Assembly: GCA_048938445.1 (NCBI GenBank)
Contig: JBHLME010000144.1
Location: forward strand, 1-10,317
Source: Promethearchaeota archaeon
Lineage (GTDB): Archaea; Asgardarchaeota; Lokiarchaeia; Sigyniarchaeales; SOKP01
Direction of reading: 5' to 3'
DNA length: 10,317 nucleotides
The notes beneath the pieces were generated by a model. It did not search any database. It was not told where the DNA came from and saw only the letters and a list, made by a program, of their open reading frames with translations. The first letter of the stretch is position 1; each line of letters starts with the position of its first letter. Made by a program: the position numbers and the translations under genes. Of this stretch, positions 6,723-10,317 are shown in pieces.

Positions 6723-8240
6723 ATGTCGAAACAAGATCCAATAGAAAAAAATGAATTTGAAATTGTTGAAACTAAATTAGGGAAAATTAAGGGGTATATT
6801 GATGGTAATTTGTATATTTTTAAAGGAATCCCCTATGCAGAACCTCCTATAGGAGATTTACGCTTTAAACCTCCCGTTAATAAAAAATCTTGGTCTGGTA
6901 TACTTGATACAACCGAATTTGGTTTTAATGCTATTCAAGGTTATTCATTTTTAGAAGAATTAATGGGGAAAATTGAACCAGAAAGTGAAGATTGCTTAAA
7001 TCTTAATATATGGACACCAGGTATAGACGATAAAAAAAGACCAGTAATGTTTTGGATTCATGGTGGTGCATTTATCACTGGAAGTAGTAAACAACCAATG
7101 TACAATGGTTCAGCGTTAGCTCGTCGTGGTGATATTGTAGTTGTTTCAATTAATTATCGTTTAGGATGTTTAGGATATTTATATGTTCTTGGAAAGACTG
7201 CCAATGTCGGACAACTCGATCAAATTGCTGCACTCAAATGGGTAAAAGAAAATATAGAAATTTTTGGTGGAAATCCTCAAAATGTTACAATTTTTGGTGA
7301 ATCAGCAGGAGGAATGGCGGTCACAACTTTACCTGCAATGCCTAGTGCTCAAGGGCTTTTTCATAAAATAATTGCGCAAAGTGCTCCCGCTCTTGAACCG
7401 AGCAATAGCGAAAAATTTTCTAAAAGTTTTTTGCGCAAATTCAAAATTAAAGGAGGAAATTTAGAAGATCTACGAAAAATATCTCCTGATACTTTAATGG
7501 ATATTCAAAATCAACTTTATGCTAAAGATCCTACTAATGCTTTAGCCTTAAGACCTGTTGTTGATGGAGAGACGCTTCCTATTCATCCAATAGAAGCATT
7601 TAAGAATGGAAAAGCAAAAAATATCGATTTAATGATAGGAGTTAATCTGGAAGAATTCAAATTATTTTTACTGGCACCAAATTACATGAATACAAAGGAT
7701 TCTGATTATGAAAATATGTTGATCGGATATTTAGGAACTTTAGGAATAGATAAGGAAAAAAGCATGAAAATATTAGAAATCTATAAAGAAGAAGATGAAA
7801 ATTATAACCTCCGAGATATTTTTTCTAGAGTAATAACTGATGTAATTTTCCGAATGTATGCTGTACGCTTATGCGAAGCTCAACATATCCATCAAAAAAA
7901 TGTATATAATTATATTTTTACATGGAAATCTCCAATGTTAAATGGTTTATTAGGGGCTTGTCACGCTCTGGAATTACCTTTCGTTTTTCAAACATATAAT
8001 CTACGCGAAATGAAGCGATTAGCTGGCAAGGGTCCAGATGTTAAAAACCTTAGTGATAAAATGATAGATGCATGGATTTCTTTTGCTCGTACAGGAAATC
8101 CAAATCATAAGGGTATTCCAGAGTGGTCTCCATATGATCTTGAAAAGAGAACAACTATGATATTCGGAAAAGAAACAAGTGTAGTGGAAGATCCTTTTCA
8201 AAAGCAGCGTGAAGTATGGGGTAATAAATTTAATATTTAA
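6723..8240 (+). CDS. Type-B carboxylesterase/lipase (COesterase, para-nitrobenzyl esterase-like)
   Basis: FKGIPYAEPPIGDLRFKPP, SEDCLNLNIW, oxyanion hole WIHGGAF, INYRLG, nucleophile VTIFGESAGG (Ser at 7302-7304), acid in GVNLEE and His in GACHALELPFVF. No signal peptide is evident. Confidence 0.96.
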   Translation: MSKQDPIEKNEFEIVETKLGKIKGYIDGNLYIFKGIPYAEPPIGDLRFKPPVNKKSWSGILDTTEFGFNAIQGYSFLEELMGKIEPESEDCLNLNIWTPGIDDKKRPVMFWIHGGAFITGSSKQPMYNGSALARRGDIVVVSINYRLGCLGYLYVLGKTANVGQLDQIAALKWVKENIEIFGGNPQNVTIFGESAGGMAVTTLPAMPSAQGLFHKIIAQSAPALEPSNSEKFSKSFLRKFKIKGGNLEDLRKISPDTLMDIQNQLYAKDPTNALALRPVVDGETLPIHPIEAFKNGKAKNIDLMIGVNLEEFKLFLLAPNYMNTKDSDYENMLIGYLGTLGIDKEKSMKILEIYKEEDENYNLRDIFSRVITDVIFRMYAVRLCEAQHIHQKNVYNYIFTWKSPMLNGLLGACHALELPFVFQTYNLREMKRLAGKGPDVKNLSDKMIDAWISFARTGNPNHKGIPEWSPYDLEKRTTMIFGKETSVVEDPFQKQREVWGNKFNI

Positions 8241-8360
8241 AAAGATATATAAAAGACACATTACAGAAAGATCATTTAAAAAAAAGATTCTAAAACAATA
8301 AATAATATATTAGAAAAATGTTATAATTATTTGTAAGTATTTATATAATGATCATTTCAA

Positions 8361-8732
8361 ATGCCAGATAATGATAACAAGGGAAGTCTTTTAGGAGAAC
8401 TTAAAGCATGTGAAAAGTGCAATAATGCTTTTATGGCGAAACCTGGAGAAACTGTGTGTTCAAATTGTATCGCGTTAGAAAAAAGAAAGAAAGAACTTTC
8501 ACGGGGAGTAAATGAATGGAAGGAACAGCTAGAGGGGTCAATTAAACAAATGAAGCATCAAGTTGATGAGATTCAATCTAAGAAAGAGATGTTTCTCGAA
8601 AGAATTAAGACTAGATCTGCATTAGTGAAAGAATCCATTAACCTTCTAAAAAAAATTGAAGAGACTAAAGATGAGAAATATATTGATGAATATAAAACGC
8701 TATTTGAGCGAATGAAAAAAGAAAACGAATAA
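8361..8732 (+). CDS. Hypothetical protein: N-terminal C4 zinc ribbon plus long coiled coil
   Basis: CEKC-x12-CSNC followed by about 85 aa of E/K-rich, proline-free heptad-like sequence. It fills the gap between flanking genes without overlap. Confidence 0.8.
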   Translation: MPDNDNKGSLLGELKACEKCNNAFMAKPGETVCSNCIALEKRKKELSRGVNEWKEQLEGSIKQMKHQVDEIQSKKEMFLERIKTRSALVKESINLLKKIEETKDEKYIDEYKTLFERMKKENE

Positions 8733-8745
8733 TTCTATATGAAAG

Positions 8746-9513
8746 TCATATTTTTTTAAATATAAACGCCATATTCATTATTTTTTCAAGTCGTTGATGC
8801 TTAGCATCAATTTTCATTATTTTTGCTCCAATCCAAACAAAGACGGTCCATATCATTCGAAAAAATATGTTAGATTCAAATTTTTCTCTCAAATTCATTA
8901 AATTTTTCTCAATTTTATCTGGATTTAGTGATTGAACATCTGAAATTCGCATTAACTGGCCATATACCCCCAATATTTTCATTACTTTCATGTCATTTTT
9001 ATTAAAAAGATCTACGATTTGACTCGTTTCATATCTTCTATAATGTCCAATTAATTTATCTTGAGTTGTAAAATATTTCATACCATGAGGAACAGTGATG
9101 ATTACAATACCTTCTTTTTTCATGATCCTGCTTATTTCTGAAATTGCTTGTTTATCATTTTTCACGTGTTCTAAAACAGAAAGAGCACTTAAAAAATCAA
9201 AAGTTTTTTCTCTATAAGGTAAGTTGCTAATATCACTACAAATTGGATGTGAATTTGGAATTAACCTATATTGGCGTAATGGTAATTCAACCAAATCTAA
9301 AAATGATTTTTTCTTTACATTATCTAAAAAATAGAGAAAAGAATTACCAGAGCATCCTAAATCAACACCATTAAAAAATTCTCCTAAAATAATAATATTC
9401 TCCCTTAAAATATCGAATTTACAGCGAATTCCGGGAGATAAATAATATTCTGAAATTCTTCTATCTGAAAAATTTCTATGTTCATCGTAAAATTGCTTTA
9501 TATTTTTTTTCAT
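8746..9513 (-). CDS. Class I SAM-dependent methyltransferase (Methyltransf_11-like)
   Basis: Motif I variant GVDLGCSG, then SDISNLPYREKTFDFLSALSVLEHV, EISRIMKKEGIVIITVP and GHYRRY. Confidence 0.88.
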   Translation of the reverse strand: MKKNIKQFYDEHRNFSDRRISEYYLSPGIRCKFDILRENIIILGEFFNGVDLGCSGNSFLYFLDNVKKKSFLDLVELPLRQYRLIPNSHPICSDISNLPYREKTFDFLSALSVLEHVKNDKQAISEISRIMKKEGIVIITVPHGMKYFTTQDKLIGHYRRYETSQIVDLFNKNDMKVMKILGVYGQLMRISDVQSLNPDKIEKNLMNLREKFESNIFFRMIWTVFVWIGAKIMKIDAKHQRLEKIMNMAFIFKKI

Positions 9514-9546
9514 TGATTAATCGATGTTTAATTGAAACTTAGATTC

Positions 9547-9572
9547 TTTATACTAATTTCTATTAGTATAAA
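9547..9572. promoter_or_regulatory. Perfect 11-bp inverted repeat (candidate operator or hairpin)
   Basis: TTTATACTAAT-ttct-ATTAGTATAAA, 34-59 bp upstream of the methyltransferase start. One arm reads TATAAA on the minus strand. The repeat is certain; its function is inferred. Confidence 0.55.
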
Positions 9573-9597
9573 ATAAAAAATTTTACCTCGTCTTTAT

Positions 9598-9614
9598 AAA
9601 AAAGTTTAAAAAAA
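9598..9614 (-). terminator. Possible oligo-T terminator of the DUF2585-like gene
   Basis: The minus strand has T7 and T6 runs about 25-40 nt after the stop at 9639, as expected for archaeal intrinsic terminators. Confidence 0.35.
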
Positions 9615-9638
9615 TTTTTTTAAGTTTGGGATTTTTTC

Positions 9639-10124
9639 TTATTTTGTCATTGCTCTACCTATTAAAAAACCAACTAAACATACACAAAATGATATTAGGA
9701 TAACAATAAAATACGCGAGGATCATATCATTCAAAATTGCTGTATTGAGACCATATAGATTTATTAAGATTCCTTTAATAATCCAAGTGTATAATCCACC
9801 GATTGTGACAAAAAGAATATCCCATAAGGCGTTTTTTAACGAATCACGTCGATTTTCAAACTTGAGACCCGTTGAAACTAAAAGGGTATTTTCGAGTATT
9901 TCCCAACCAATCCCGAAGCCGATAACTATTACTATCATTAGCCAGTAAGGGATAAGATATATAGGTATTTGAAAGATATAGGTAGGTATAATATTAATAA
10001 GGGAAAGAAGCAAAAATGACCCTATTCCCATATCTATATGACCCCAACTAAAATAATCCCAAGGTGCTCTTCCAGTTTGGCTTTTTGAAGTAGCAATTAT
10101 TGGAGTTGATTCATTTTCTCCCAT
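9639..10124 (-). CDS. Small integral membrane protein, DUF2585-like (putative membrane metal-binding protein)
   Basis: About 4 hydrophobic helices carrying polar motifs DYFSWGHIDMG, GWEILEN and DSLKNALWD. These resemble the D..S..H...G / WE..EN / DS..N...D pattern I recall for DUF2585 and related VanZ-like proteins. Confidence 0.7.
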   Translation of the reverse strand: MGENESTPIIATSKSQTGRAPWDYFSWGHIDMGIGSFLLLSLINIIPTYIFQIPIYLIPYWLMIVIVIGFGIGWEILENTLLVSTGLKFENRRDSLKNALWDILFVTIGGLYTWIIKGILINLYGLNTAILNDMILAYFIVILISFCVCLVGFLIGRAMTK

Positions 10125-10243
10125 TTCTTACTCTACTCATTTATTTTATTATATTTAGTTTTTAAATTAAAAAGCTTTTGAATAATTAGGATACTTACAA
10201 ATAAATATATTATTAGCAAAAAGAAATTAATAATCCAGAATAA

Positions 10244-10315
10244 TCAATTTTTGTAATAATTAATTAAATAATTACCTAATCGTTTTTTTCTTTTGAGTGG
10301 AATTTCTTCTTCTAA
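10244..10315 (-). CDS. Possible 3' end of a gene entering from the right edge
   Basis: A minus-strand frame is open from the window edge: LEEEIPLKRKKRLGNYLINYYKN then TGA at 10246-10244. It is too short to verify. Confidence 0.25.
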   Translation of the reverse strand, partial: LEEEIPLKRKKRLGNYLINYYKN

Positions 10316-10317
10316 AA

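Noticed and set aside
8019-8261. 80-aa minus-strand ORF
   Set aside because: Antisense to the conserved esterase C-terminus, with no independent support.
9606-9623. 18-bp palindrome TT-A7-T7-AA
   Set aside because: Low complexity; better explained as terminator-like homopolymer runs.
9745-9948. 67-aa plus-strand ORF
   Set aside because: Antisense shadow of the DUF2585-like gene.
10111-10140. Nine-residue upstream ORF (MSRVRNGRK) overlapping the DUF2585-like start on the minus strand
   Set aside because: Too short and expected by chance; no leader-peptide features.
1-10317. CRISPR arrays, tRNA/rRNA, IS elements, defence or DGR modules
   Set aside because: I saw no spaced direct repeats, GC-rich structured RNA, or transposase, integrase or reverse transcriptase motifs. 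The kinase repeat differs at synonymous sites of all base types, not adenine-specifically as in a DGR template/variable repeat pair.

Overview
Very AT-rich, gene-dense window with no rRNA, tRNA, CRISPR array or transposase that I can see. By inference from composition, TATA-like promoters, oligo-T terminators and kinase style, it looks archaeal, probably Asgard/Lokiarchaeia-like. Left to right: an alpha/beta hydrolase running off the left edge (minus strand, missed by the ORF track); a signalling cassette of PAS-PAS-GAF histidine kinase, stand-alone CheY-like receiver and paralogous 4xPAS histidine kinase; a divergent UbiA-superfamily membrane protein; a type-B carboxylesterase; a zinc-ribbon/coiled-coil protein; a class I SAM methyltransferase; and a DUF2585-like membrane protein. 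The most notable signal is that the first kinase is split by a frameshift at a 15-nt poly-A tract inside its ATPase domain. Removing one A restores a gap-free local match to the intact paralog, so this is a slippage/phase switch, a recent inactivation or a sequencing error. Other points are a possible ATA start for the receiver, a GC-richer PAS module, a shared upstream motif for both kinases and a perfect 11-bp inverted repeat before the methyltransferase. I cannot demonstrate a wholly new system from sequence alone.
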